Shown here: one piece after another, positions 50,526 to 59,682 of the stretch | Layout: each line of letters opens with the position of its first letter | How positions within the stretch are numbered: position 1 is the first letter of the stretch | NCBI GenBank assembly: GCA_934096645.1 | Contig: CAKOMK010000002.1 | Location: forward strand, 119,383-183,382 | Source of the DNA: an uncultured Bacilli bacterium | Lineage (GTDB): Bacteria > Bacillota_I > Bacilli_A > RF39 > UBA660 | DNA length: 64,000 bases | Direction: 5' to 3' | The notes under the pieces: generated by a model | Told to the model about the DNA's origin: nothing | What the model saw: only the letters and a program-made list of their open reading frames with translations | The model's database searches: none | Translations under genes and position numbers: made by a program

Positions 50526-51080
50526 ATGGAAAAAATAAAAATTATACTAGTAGTAATAATTGCTGTAGTCGGAGCGCTACTAATATATGACAAATTTACT
50601 GAAGAAAAAGAAAATATTAAAATTGAATATAAAAATATAAATAGTGAATATACTTTAGTAGAAAAAAATAATATATTTAAATATAAAAATATTGATGATG
50701 TTATTAAGACAATTCAATCTGGATCTGGTGTTATATTCTTATGTTCTCCAGAATCAGATTCATGTCAACAATACGCTGAATCTTTAGATAAAGCTAGTAA
50801 AGAAGCTAATTTAGATCAAATAATTTATTGTAATATTAAAAGTGATAGAAATTCTAATAGTATTAAATATCAAAAATTAGTTAGTTTATTAAATGATTAC
50901 TTAAGCGTAGATGATTTAAATAATAAAATAATATATATGCCAGAAGTATTATTCATAAATAATGGTAAAATCATTGAACATGATAATACAAATACTATAG
51001 ATGAAGAAAATGATTTAACTACAAGATTATATAATAAAATGTTAGCTATAAATAATGTTGAGGAGGCAGCTATACAATGA
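50526..51080 (+). CDS. Membrane-anchored hypothetical protein, possibly thioredoxin-like fold without CxxC
   Basis: N-terminal TM helix. A 'VIFLCSPESDSC' region sits where a thioredoxin motif would lie. Low certainty. Confidence 0.4.
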   Translation: MEKIKIILVVIIAVVGALLIYDKFTEEKENIKIEYKNINSEYTLVEKNNIFKYKNIDDVIKTIQSGSGVIFLCSPESDSCQQYAESLDKASKEANLDQIIYCNIKSDRNSNSIKYQKLVSLLNDYLSVDDLNNKIIYMPEVLFINNGKIIEHDNTNTIDEENDLTTRLYNKMLAINNVEEAAIQ

Positions 51081-51391
51081 ATTGGGAACAATATTTAATT
51101 ATTATTGCAATCTTAATTATAATATCTTTAATTATAATTAAGATGAACAGAAAAGACTTTGCTATTGAAATTAATAAATTAATTCAATACTTAGGTGGTA
51201 AAGATAATATAATTGATTCACAAATAAACCTTTCTCGATTAAAAGTAACACTTAAAGATACTTCATTAGTTAATAAAGAAGGAATACAAAAATTAGGTGC
51301 TAAAGGAATCGTAGAAATAGATAATGAATTAAAAATTATATTAGGTCCAAACTCAAAACAATTAAAAAAGTATATGGCAGACTTAAAATAA
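51077..51391 (+). CDS. Membrane-tethered PTS EIIB(Glc)-like domain protein with the phosphocysteine replaced by Asn
   Basis: YLGGKDNIIDSQINLSRLKVTLKD…KLGAKGIVEIDNELKIILGPNSKQLKKYMADL aligns position-by-position with E. coli PtsG IIB ([22 protein letters not shown]…KLGAAGVV…). The aligned Cys position is N. Confidence 0.65.
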   Translation: MNWEQYLIIIAILIIISLIIIKMNRKDFAIEINKLIQYLGGKDNIIDSQINLSRLKVTLKDTSLVNKEGIQKLGAKGIVEIDNELKIILGPNSKQLKKYMADLK

Positions 51392-51420
51392 AAGATGATT
51401 TTAAAAATCATCTTTTTATT
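51388..51420. terminator. Bidirectional terminator
   Basis: AAAAGATGATTTT-aaa-AATCATCTTTTT. Confidence 0.7.
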
Positions 51421-52049
51421 ATAACTAATTTATCTTTTTTAGCTCTTTGTAGTCCTCTACTACATTCTTCTGGACAAACTCTAACAAGTTCTTTTATAAG
51501 AGATAGAATTTCTATTCTTTCTCTTACAGCTACATGATCAAAATGTTGCATTTGAACATCATATACCAAATTTTCTATATCTTCAGATAGTTTTTCATTA
51601 ACACTTTTACCAGTAAGTTTCTTTACTGCTTTAGCTAATATATGTTGATATTTCTTCCATTCATCAACTATTTTAAATGGATCTTCTAGTGGATAGCATT
51701 CAACACTATCAGGTATTAAATTCACTCCTCCTTTAGGTCTATCTTCTAAAGTAAGAGAGCATCCATCACTTTTAAGTAATGAACATGTAGTTTTCATAGA
51801 TAATAAGTCAACTTTATCTCTATTAGTATTCCTAGCTCTTAAATATAAAAATGGTGATATATATTCTGAACCAGAAGAATTAGTTTTAAAAAATAATGCA
51901 GCTACTATAGAAGCTTTACCACTATTTAATATTTCAATCACTTTATTTAGCGTAACAATATCAAAATTATCTACACCATAATCGCAACCTGATTTCTTAC
52001 AACAATATCCACCACATTTTTTACATAAATCTTTATTTACATATTCCAT
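51408..52049 (-). CDS. YkgJ-like putative zinc/iron-chelating Cys-cluster protein
   Basis: N-terminal CKKCGGYCCKKSGCDYG (CxxCxxxCC) signature. Confidence 0.55.
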   Translation of the reverse strand: MEYVNKDLCKKCGGYCCKKSGCDYGVDNFDIVTLNKVIEILNSGKASIVAALFFKTNSSGSEYISPFLYLRARNTNRDKVDLLSMKTTCSLLKSDGCSLTLEDRPKGGVNLIPDSVECYPLEDPFKIVDEWKKYQHILAKAVKKLTGKSVNEKLSEDIENLVYDVQMQHFDHVAVRERIEILSLIKELVRVCPEECSRGLQRAKKDKLVIIKR

Positions 52050-52098
52050 AATACACCCCTATAACAAGAGCATATTATATCATTATATTCCTATATTA

Positions 52099-52260
52099 TC
52101 AATAATAAGAATAATATCCATAAGGATTATTATAATAAACTGGTCTTGGTCTATAAGGATTAAAATAATCCACTGCTACTCCACCAGTTAAAGCACCTAA
52201 TAAAAATGGAGCTGCAAAACCAAATCTATTATTTTTTGTATATTTAAACTTTCCATACAT
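52099..52260 (-). CDS. Unannotated small protein (53 aa) with a glycine-zipper hydrophobic segment and a Tyr/Pro/Asn-rich tail
   Basis: Strong SD GAGGTGA 6 nt before the ATG. MYGKFKYTKNNRFGFAAPFLLGALTGGVAVDYFNPYRPRPVYYNNPYGYYSYY. Absent from the supplied ORF track. Confidence 0.45.
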   Translation of the reverse strand: MYGKFKYTKNNRFGFAAPFLLGALTGGVAVDYFNPYRPRPVYYNNPYGYYSYY

Positions 52261-52299
52261 AACTATTCACCTCTAACTTATCTTATGAAAAAAGCACAA

Positions 52300-53199
52300 C
52301 TACGATTGTGCTTTTAAACGATATAAATTAAAAGATGGTTTATTCATAAATCTATATTTATATTTTAATGTTCCAAGACCACTAGAAACATATATATTTG
52401 TTATTCCTTTTTCATAATGTTCATCATAATATTTATATGAATTTTCATCTACAAATAATCCTCCATAAAAAGGTATAACAACACTACCATTCAAAGAATG
52501 TCCAAGTAATACTAAATCCACTTCATATGTACTTTCATCTAAATACTTAAGAGTTTTACCATCATGAGCTAATACAATTATATAATGTCTATTTTCATCA
52601 CTATAAAACTTAAAAGCCTCATCTAAATTTATTTTATCTTTAAATGAACAAGGTAATCCAACTATATATAAAGAATCATTAGTTTTATAAAATACTTCTT
52701 CATATTGATTATTTAATACTTTAAAGTCACTTCTATTCATAACTTCATTATAATCACTATAAGAATAATCATTATCACCATTAATAGCATACTTTCCAAT
52801 ACTAGCTTTAATTGATGATAATTCATTAATTAACATTTCTTTATCTTTAGAACTAATCTTAGCACCTTTAATAACTAAATCACCAGTAAAAACTACTATA
52901 TCAGGTCTTAACTCATTAATTTTATTTACAAGGCTTTTAATATCCTCACTATCAACAGTAGATTTATATAACAAATCACTAAAATGAACTATTTTAACAC
53001 CACTAAAATTCTCAGTTAATATACTACTCTCTACTCTATACTCTTTTACTATTAATCCTTTAATACCAACGTATTTAGAATAAAAAACACATCCAACTAA
53101 TAAAACAACTATAAATATTAAAAAGTTCAAAAAATGATGTTTTTTCTTATGACCTTCTTTTTCCTCTAATTCTTCATTATCTTTCTCTATCTCACTCAT
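52300..53199 (-). CDS. Membrane-anchored calcineurin-like metallophosphoesterase (YkuE-like)
   Basis: Motifs …HFSDL…GDLV…NGDNDY…LAHDG…LLGHSLNG. N-terminal TM. The TAATG overlap with the upstream CPBP gene couples the two. Confidence 0.7.
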   Translation of the reverse strand: MSEIEKDNEELEEKEGHKKKHHFLNFLIFIVVLLVGCVFYSKYVGIKGLIVKEYRVESSILTENFSGVKIVHFSDLLYKSTVDSEDIKSLVNKINELRPDIVVFTGDLVIKGAKISSKDKEMLINELSSIKASIGKYAINGDNDYSYSDYNEVMNRSDFKVLNNQYEEVFYKTNDSLYIVGLPCSFKDKINLDEAFKFYSDENRHYIIVLAHDGKTLKYLDESTYEVDLVLLGHSLNGSVVIPFYGGLFVDENSYKYYDEHYEKGITNIYVSSGLGTLKYKYRFMNKPSFNLYRLKAQS

Positions 53200-53906
53200 T
53201 ATGCAACACCTAAATAAAACATAGAAAGTAATAATAAAGCAGTCATAGTATTATGCAAACAATGAAATGTCATAGAATTAAACACACTTTTATTTTCATA
53301 ATCCATTAATGCAAAAGCAACTCCTAAAGAACCATAAGGTAATATATAAATTAAATCACTTATTACAAAAGATCCACCAAGTACATTAGTTAATATATGA
53401 GCTCCTCCAAATAAAACTCCACATACTAGCGCATATAACCATTTATTACTTATTAATGGTTGAATACTTTTTCTAAATATAATTTCTTCACTTATTGGAG
53501 CATATAAAGATATATTAATTAATGCAAATATAGTATTATTAAATAACATTTCTCTTACTTGACTTTCATTAGTAGAAATGTCATTTTTAAGAACCATAGT
53601 GATAAGTAAATTAAAAAATATCATACTCATTATACCCATCACATAATACTTAAATGAACTCTTCATAGACTTCTTAAAATTCTTTTTAAACGTCTTAGCT
53701 TCATTTACTAAATCTTTATAATACATCACTACTAATATAAAAACAAAACTAACTTCAGATAAAAATGTACATATTACTTCTGACTTAATAAATTCACTAT
53801 ACATCAAAGAAAGTACTGTAGGTAAAACTATTATTCCAACTAAACATATAAAACAGAATAATAAGTTAATATACCATGGTCTGTCTTTAGAACACCTCGT
53901 AATCAT
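53199..53906 (-). CDS. CPBP (CAAX) family intramembrane metalloprotease
   Basis: Motif 1 EEIIFR, motif 2 FGGAH, motif 3 HCLHN in a polytopic membrane protein. Confidence 0.7.
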   Translation of the reverse strand: MITRCSKDRPWYINLLFCFICLVGIIVLPTVLSLMYSEFIKSEVICTFLSEVSFVFILVVMYYKDLVNEAKTFKKNFKKSMKSSFKYYVMGIMSMIFFNLLITMVLKNDISTNESQVREMLFNNTIFALINISLYAPISEEIIFRKSIQPLISNKWLYALVCGVLFGGAHILTNVLGGSFVISDLIYILPYGSLGVAFALMDYENKSVFNSMTFHCLHNTMTALLLLSMFYLGVA

Positions 53907-53967
53907 ATTATCACATCCTTATTATAATTATATAACAACACTCACCTTTATAAAAGAAAAAGTTAAC

Positions 53968-55176
53968 TTATTTTACTAAGTTAACTTTTATATGAGTCTT
54001 TTTACCTTTACTAATTACTAATGAATTATCTTTAAATAACTTTTCATCAATAATCATATTAACATCACTTACTTTTTCACCATTAATGCTAATTCCATTT
54101 CCTTGAACTAGTCTTCTAGCTTCACTTTTAGAAGGAGCAATTTTACTTAATACTAGTAAATCTAATATATTAGTATTATCTTCTAATTTAATATTTTCAC
54201 TAAGCATACCTTCTTCACTATATCCTTTAGAGAATACTTCTTCACTAGTTTTTCTAGCTTTTTCAGCTTCTTCTACTCCATGTAAATCTTTAACTACTTC
54301 GTATGCTAAAGCTTTTTGTGCTTTTCTTAATTCGGGATGTTCTAAAGTATCTTTTTCTAAACTTTCTATTTCTTCACGAGATAAGAATGTAAATACTTTT
54401 AAGTATTCTACTACTTTAGAATCTTCTGAATTTATTAAGTATTGATAAATCTTATATGGACTAGTTTTTTCTTTATCAAGCCATAAAGCATTTCCTTCAC
54501 TTTTACCAAACTTTTTACCAGTACTATCAAGAATTAATGGCATTGTAAATCCATAAGCTTCTTTTCCTTCTATTTTACGAATTAACTCTATTCCAGTAGT
54601 AATATTACCCCATTGATCACTTCCAGCAGCCTGTAATACACAATTTTCATTATTAAATAAATGTAAGAAATCAAATCCTTGAAGTAATGTATAACTAAAT
54701 TCAGCATAAGTAATACCAGTATCAAGTCTTCTAGATATAATATCTTTATTTAGCATATAGTTAACATTAATATACTTTCCAATATCTCTTAAAAAGTCTA
54801 AGAATGTTACATCTTTAGTCCAATCATAATTATTAACTACTTTAGCTTTACCATCTAATAATTTAGTTACTTGTTTAGTTAAACCTTTAATATTTTCAGC
54901 AACTTTTTCCTTAGATATTATTTCTCTTTCAGCAGTAGGTCTAGGATCTCCAATTAAACCAGTTGCTCCACCTACTAATATAATTGGTTTATGTCCATGC
55001 ATAGCAAGTCTTTTAGCAGTAACAAAAGATGCATAATGTCCAATATGTAAACTATCTGCAGTAGGATCTGTTCCTAAATAAAATGTTAATTTTTCATTAT
55101 TTAGTTTGTCTTTCAAATCAGGACTACTTATATCTTTAACTACACCTCTCCACTCTAATTCTTCAAAAAATGTCAT
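53968..55176 (-). CDS. tyrS: Tyrosyl-tRNA synthetase
   Basis: HIGH (SLHIGHY) and KMSKS-like (KFGKS) motifs. C-terminal S4 domain. Start set at MTFFEELEW, which has a GGAAGG SD. Confidence 0.92.
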   Translation of the reverse strand: MTFFEELEWRGVVKDISSPDLKDKLNNEKLTFYLGTDPTADSLHIGHYASFVTAKRLAMHGHKPIILVGGATGLIGDPRPTAEREIISKEKVAENIKGLTKQVTKLLDGKAKVVNNYDWTKDVTFLDFLRDIGKYINVNYMLNKDIISRRLDTGITYAEFSYTLLQGFDFLHLFNNENCVLQAAGSDQWGNITTGIELIRKIEGKEAYGFTMPLILDSTGKKFGKSEGNALWLDKEKTSPYKIYQYLINSEDSKVVEYLKVFTFLSREEIESLEKDTLEHPELRKAQKALAYEVVKDLHGVEEAEKARKTSEEVFSKGYSEEGMLSENIKLEDNTNILDLLVLSKIAPSKSEARRLVQGNGISINGEKVSDVNMIIDEKLFKDNSLVISKGKKTHIKVNLVK

Positions 55177-55177
55177 A

Positions 55178-55666
55178 TTAATTACCTTCCTTCTTATTAG
55201 TAGAACCAATTCCACCTTTTCTTTTATTTTTTATTTCTTCTTCATCATCAACAGTTAAATACTTCATAAATATACCTTGAGCTATTCTATCTCCAAACTT
55301 AACTTCAAAATCTTTACTTCCATGATTAATAAGTTTAAGTTTAAAATGTCCTTCATTATTTTCATTGTTATAATAGTCAGCATCAATAACACCTACACTA
55401 TTTACTAAACAAACATCATATTTATATCCGAGAGAACTTCTACTATATAGATTAAACACTTCATCATCATTCATAGCAACTTTAAGTCCTGTACTAAATA
55501 CACATGTTTCACCTGGATGAATAATTCCATCATTAACACTTCTAATATCATAAGCAGCACTTAATTTAGTACTTCTTTTAGGAAGAACAATACTTTCATA
55601 TAATTCTCTATCATCACACACATCTTTCTTAAATTGCTCAAAACTTATTTTTTCAAACTTTCTCAT
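55178..55666 (-). CDS. dut: dUTP diphosphatase
   Basis: All five dUTPase motifs (SAAYDI, SRSSLG, GVIDADY, DRIAQ, KGGIGSTN). Start set at MRKFEK, which has a GGAGG SD. Confidence 0.85.
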   Translation of the reverse strand: MRKFEKISFEQFKKDVCDDRELYESIVLPKRSTKLSAAYDIRSVNDGIIHPGETCVFSTGLKVAMNDDEVFNLYSRSSLGYKYDVCLVNSVGVIDADYYNNENNEGHFKLKLINHGSKDFEVKFGDRIAQGIFMKYLTVDDEEEIKNKRKGGIGSTNKKEGN

Positions 55667-55880
55667 CTTTTTCCTCCAATAAAAAAGGCACCACATATAA
55701 GGACGATTATATATCGTGGTACCACCTTAATTCATAGATAAAATCTAACTCAAAGATTATAAAGCATCACCTTTAAGCTCCAAAATATGTAACTTCATCA
55801 TAACATATATTAGTTTCCATCAACCACTAACTTTCTATAATATAAATATCATGACTAATATTATTTTTTCATCACTTAAT
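55667..55880 (-). promoter_or_regulatory. T-box riboswitch leader of the dut-tyrS operon (candidate specifier UAC; T-box AAGGUGGUACCACG; terminator GGUACCAC…GUGGUGCC + U7)
   Basis: Revcomp of 55687-55728 gives …AAGGTGGTACCACGatatataatcgtccttataTGTGGTGCCTTTTTTT. Stem I contains GAAGUUACAU. Confidence 0.8.
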
Positions 55881-55886
55881 GAAATA

Positions 55887-55915
55887 AGTATAATTTATTT
55901 ATATTTTTTTGTCAA
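55887..55915 (-). promoter_or_regulatory. Sigma-A promoter of the tyrS T-box leader (TTGACA-17-TATACT)
   Basis: Hexamers with a 17-nt spacer. The -35 abuts the upstream gene's stop codon. Confidence 0.65.
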
Positions 55916-56638
55916 TTACATTTCTAATTTTCTAGCTAATTCTTCTGATTTAGCTTGTGTTTTTTCATTAATATCATCAACTTCTAATTGTAAATCTCTA
56001 GCTATCATTTCATATAACATATTAATTTGTTCTTCATCATAGCCTTTTTTCTTTAAATAGTTAGTTAATGTATTATTTTTATATCTTTTATAGTAATAGT
56101 CTTTTCTTTGACCAAATTGATAAGAAACACCACTTTTTTTATCAACACTTTTTATTCCAGTTCTAGGAACTTTACCATAGTCTTTTTCTTCAACTATTTC
56201 TTTTGATTTATTTTCTTTTAATTCTTGAAGTCTAACATTTTCACGTTCTAATTCTTCTTTTAAAATAGTATCACTATAGTTTCCACCTTTAACTCTTTTA
56301 TTAAATATTTCCATTAATCCAGCACTTACTGGTATTAATAAAGATGAAGCAACTAAAGGTAAATTATAAATAGTAGTATCTGGAACATTAATAAATTTAT
56401 ATATGAAATAAAATGCAACAGCACTAAAAACTCCAGTAGTACACATAGTAACTAATCTTAAGAATTTATTTTTTCTATTTTGTTTTTTATTAGCAACTAT
56501 ATTCTTTTCTATCTTTTCTACTCTATTTTCACTTTCAAGTATAGTTCTCATACCATCTTCATATTCTCTTGAAGTTTCTACACCTTCTTCATCAAATATA
56601 ATAGCTTTTCCATTCTTTCTTAAATAAAAATCATTCAT
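55916..56638 (-). CDS. Hypothetical two-TM membrane protein with a C-terminal coiled coil, 240 aa (paralogue-like partner of the 56638 gene)
   Basis: Starts M(N/L)DFY…, then two TM helices, then a charged coiled-coil tail. Its start overlaps the upstream gene's stop. Confidence 0.5.
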   Translation of the reverse strand: MNDFYLRKNGKAIIFDEEGVETSREYEDGMRTILESENRVEKIEKNIVANKKQNRKNKFLRLVTMCTTGVFSAVAFYFIYKFINVPDTTIYNLPLVASSLLIPVSAGLMEIFNKRVKGGNYSDTILKEELERENVRLQELKENKSKEIVEEKDYGKVPRTGIKSVDKKSGVSYQFGQRKDYYYKRYKNNTLTNYLKKKGYDEEQINMLYEMIARDLQLEVDDINEKTQAKSEELARKLEM

Positions 56639-57495
56639 TATCTTTTCACCCTCTCTAACATTTCATTTAATTCATATTCTCTATGTATATCATTGACTTG
56701 TCTTTCAAAAACAGCACATGATTCTTCAAAACTAAGTCCTTTATAAATATCTACTTTAATAGGTTGTGGTTTATTTAAAATATCGTTTTCCATACTTTTT
56801 AACTCTTCTTCGATTTTTTCATCACTAACACCATGTTCTTTAAATTTACTAACAACTTTAGAATCTCTATATCTATCAACTAAAGGTGTTTTAGAAACAT
56901 GTTTACCTTCAAAGCTACTAGAAGTAGCATAATTAGCAGTTCTTTTAAGAGTTACTAAATCAGCGGTTTCTTCTAACTCTTTTCTAGTTTCATCAACTAT
57001 ACTTCTAATTTCGTGGAATTCATCAGATTCAGTATTAACTTTTCTCTTACTTTGTTCTAATTCCATTTTTCTTCTATAAGCACGTTTTAACATAATATTT
57101 AAAGCATCAACTCTATCTTTAAAATAGTCATAATTTTTATGATATTCACCTATTTTAGCCCAAGTATCACATGCACCCATAGGAATAGTAGCAATTCCTA
57201 AAGAAATTAAAGTTAAAAGTATAGGTATTTGACCTTTAGTAATTAAATAAGAGATACCAAAAACACCAATACCTAATATTACAGAAAAAATATTAATTAG
57301 TTTAGCCATATAATTATTAGTATCAAGAGTATCTAAATGTTTTTTAAACTTTCTTAATCTAGAATTAATATATTCAATTTTATTCTCAACTTCAAGTATT
57401 TCTTCAATATTATCTACATTAGTTCTTTTACTAGTAGTAGCATTATCGTCATGAACAATTACTTGAGTTCCTTTTTCCTCATAAAAATCTAACAT
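56638..57495 (-). CDS. Hypothetical two-TM membrane protein with a C-terminal coiled coil, 285 aa
   Basis: Same architecture as 55916..56638. Confidence 0.5.
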   Translation of the reverse strand: MLDFYEEKGTQVIVHDDNATTSKRTNVDNIEEILEVENKIEYINSRLRKFKKHLDTLDTNNYMAKLINIFSVILGIGVFGISYLITKGQIPILLTLISLGIATIPMGACDTWAKIGEYHKNYDYFKDRVDALNIMLKRAYRRKMELEQSKRKVNTESDEFHEIRSIVDETRKELEETADLVTLKRTANYATSSSFEGKHVSKTPLVDRYRDSKVVSKFKEHGVSDEKIEEELKSMENDILNKPQPIKVDIYKGLSFEESCAVFERQVNDIHREYELNEMLERVKR

Positions 57496-57577
57496 AACTT
57501 CCCCCTCTTTAATTCGAGCATATTATAACACAAATCAATCAAAAAGTCAAAGTTTTCCAAAAAAAAAGCTAATTTAA

Positions 57578-58135
57578 TTAGCCTCTACTAAAGTATTTAC
57601 CATCTCTTGTAGTAATTACTATTTCTTCACCTTCAGAAATAAATAAAGGTGCTTTTAATGTATAACCAGTTTCAATAGTTACATCTTTTTGAGCACTACT
57701 AGTAGTATTTCCTTTAACAGCATCAGGAGCACTAATAACTTTATAAGAAACTTTTTCTGGTAAGCTTATACCAATTACTTCTCCTTCAATTGTCATAGAT
57801 TCAACATTCATACCTTCTTTTAAGAACTTAGCTTCATCTACAAGTAAACTAGCAGGTAATTCAATTTGATCATATGAATTATTATCCATAAATACATAAC
57901 TATCACCAGCTTGATATAAATAAGATAATTGATTCTTTCTTACATCAGCCTTTTCCATCTTAATACCAGCATTAAATGTAATTTCTTGAGTAGTACCAGC
58001 TTTTAAATTTTTAAGCTTAGTTTTTACAAAAGCGCTTCCTTTACCAGGTTTAACATGTTGAAAATCAACTACTTGATAAATAACACCTTCATATTTAATT
58101 GTCATACCATTTTTAATGTCATTTATATTAAACAT
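57578..58135 (-). CDS. efp: Elongation factor P
   Basis: MFNINDIKNGMTIKYEGVIYQVVDFQHVKPGKGSAFVKTKLKNLKAG… is the canonical EF-P N-terminus with the KPGKG loop. Confidence 0.93.
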   Translation of the reverse strand: MFNINDIKNGMTIKYEGVIYQVVDFQHVKPGKGSAFVKTKLKNLKAGTTQEITFNAGIKMEKADVRKNQLSYLYQAGDSYVFMDNNSYDQIELPASLLVDEAKFLKEGMNVESMTIEGEVIGISLPEKVSYKVISAPDAVKGNTTSSAQKDVTIETGYTLKAPLFISEGEEIVITTRDGKYFSRG

Positions 58136-58141
58136 ATTTTA

Positions 58142-58312
58142 TTACGCAGCCTTTCTTTCTTTATGATCAGTTGTTTTATTGCATTTAGGACAGAATTTCT
58201 TAATTTCTAATTTACCATCACTATTTTTCTTGTTTTTACTTGTTAAATAGTTAATATTCTTACAAGCAGTACATTGTAAAGCAATACCTTCTCTATTTTC
58301 TTTCTTTGCCAT
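58142..58312 (-). CDS. rpmG: 50S ribosomal protein L33 (not in the ORF track)
   Basis: 56 aa: [56 protein letters not shown], with the CxxC…CxxC zinc ribbon of L33. Confidence 0.85.
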   Translation of the reverse strand: MAKKENREGIALQCTACKNINYLTSKNKKNSDGKLEIKKFCPKCNKTTDHKERKAA

Positions 58313-58383
58313 ATTATTGCCCTCCTTTTTTTATACATTAAAGATTATAGCAAATAAATAATTGATTTACAAGAAGAAATTAT

Positions 58384-58854
58384 CTATTTACCCCTATTTT
58401 CTAAAGATAATAACTTCATAGATGCTTTTTTACACTCTTCTTTTTCTTTTTCACCATTATTTACATAATTACTATTAAAGTTATTAGCATTCAATATAAA
58501 ATCATTTAATTCTTTATTATATTCGTTACTTCTATGAATAGTTACATATTCTTTAATTATTTTGTATCCAAAACTACTATTATCAAGTCTACTTCCAAGT
58601 TCACTAGGAATAATTACATAGCCAGTAATATTACTAACAGCAAAATTAGCAAGCATATCAACTGGTAAAGAACTAAATATTCTATGAGTTACTATTTCTT
58701 CATATAAACCATTTTCAACTTTTCTAACAATAACTTTCTTACTTAATAATCTATGTACATCAGATACATAGATAAACTTTTCACCATTAAATTGTTTCTT
58801 TAAAACCTCTCTAACTGGTATTACAACTAAATCAGTTAAATATACTTCATTCAT
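58384..58854 (-). CDS. Hypothetical protein, 156 aa
   Basis: ORF only. Confidence 0.45.
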   Translation of the reverse strand: MNEVYLTDLVVIPVREVLKKQFNGEKFIYVSDVHRLLSKKVIVRKVENGLYEEIVTHRIFSSLPVDMLANFAVSNITGYVIIPSELGSRLDNSSFGYKIIKEYVTIHRSNEYNKELNDFILNANNFNSNYVNNGEKEKEECKKASMKLLSLENRGK

Positions 58855-58932
58855 ATCTTTACCTCATACTAATAATAACATAAAATCAAAAAATATAAAA
58901 CTTTTATATAATTTGTGATATAATATGCGCAG

Positions 58933-59682
58933 GTGAAAAATATGGATAAAAAAGTTGTATTAGTGACTGGTTCAAGTATAGGATTAGGTAGAGCCATAAT
59001 CGAAAAATTTGCAAGTAATAATTATAATGTAATAATAAATTATAATAATAGTAAACAAGAAGCAGAAGAATTAAAAAATTATATAGAAAATACTTATCAT
59101 ACAAAAGCAATAACTATAAAATGCGATATAACAAAAGAATCAGAAATAGAAGAAATGAAACAAATCATAATAAAAGAATTTGGTGTGTTAGATTGTTTAG
59201 TCAATAATGCAGGAATTGCTATAGATACAGATTTTAATCTAAAAACAAAAGAAAATTTTATCAAAATATTAGATACTAATTTAGTATCTCTATTCTTAGT
59301 TAGTAGAACTTTTGGTAATTTAATGTTAGAAAATAAAAAAGGAAAAATAATAAATATAGCTTCTACTAATGGAATAGATTCTTATTATGAATACAGTTTA
59401 GACTATGATGCATCAAAAGCTGGAGTTATTAATTTAACACATAATTTAGCTAATCATTATAGTCCATATATCAATGTTAATTGTGTTTGTCCGGGATGGA
59501 TAGATACACCAATGAATAAAGATTTAGATGAAAGTTTCAAACAAAAAGAAATAGATAAAATTTTACTAAGAAGATTTGCTAGTCCTAAAGAAATAGCTTC
59601 ACTAGTATACTTTTTAAGCACAGATGAAGCAAGTTATATAAATGATAGTATTATCAAAATAGATGGAGGTAGAAAATGCTAG
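58933..59682 (+). CDS. Short-chain dehydrogenase/reductase (FabG-like 3-oxoacyl-ACP reductase family)
   Basis: TGSSIGLG Rossmann motif, NNAG, and the catalytic YxxxK context (YDASKAG). Confidence 0.75.
   Translation: MKNMDKKVVLVTGSSIGLGRAIIEKFASNNYNVIINYNNSKQEAEELKNYIENTYHTKAITIKCDITKESEIEEMKQIIIKEFGVLDCLVNNAGIAIDTDFNLKTKENFIKILDTNLVSLFLVSRTFGNLMLENKKGKIINIASTNGIDSYYEYSLDYDASKAGVINLTHNLANHYSPYINVNCVCPGWIDTPMNKDLDESFKQKEIDKILLRRFASPKEIASLVYFLSTDEASYINDSIIKIDGGRKC

Noticed and set aside
58904-59110. 68-aa minus-strand ORF overlapping the start of the SDR gene
   Set aside because: Poly-Tyr/Leu low-complexity translation of an AT-rich promoter region. It overlaps a well-supported plus-strand gene and its upstream region.
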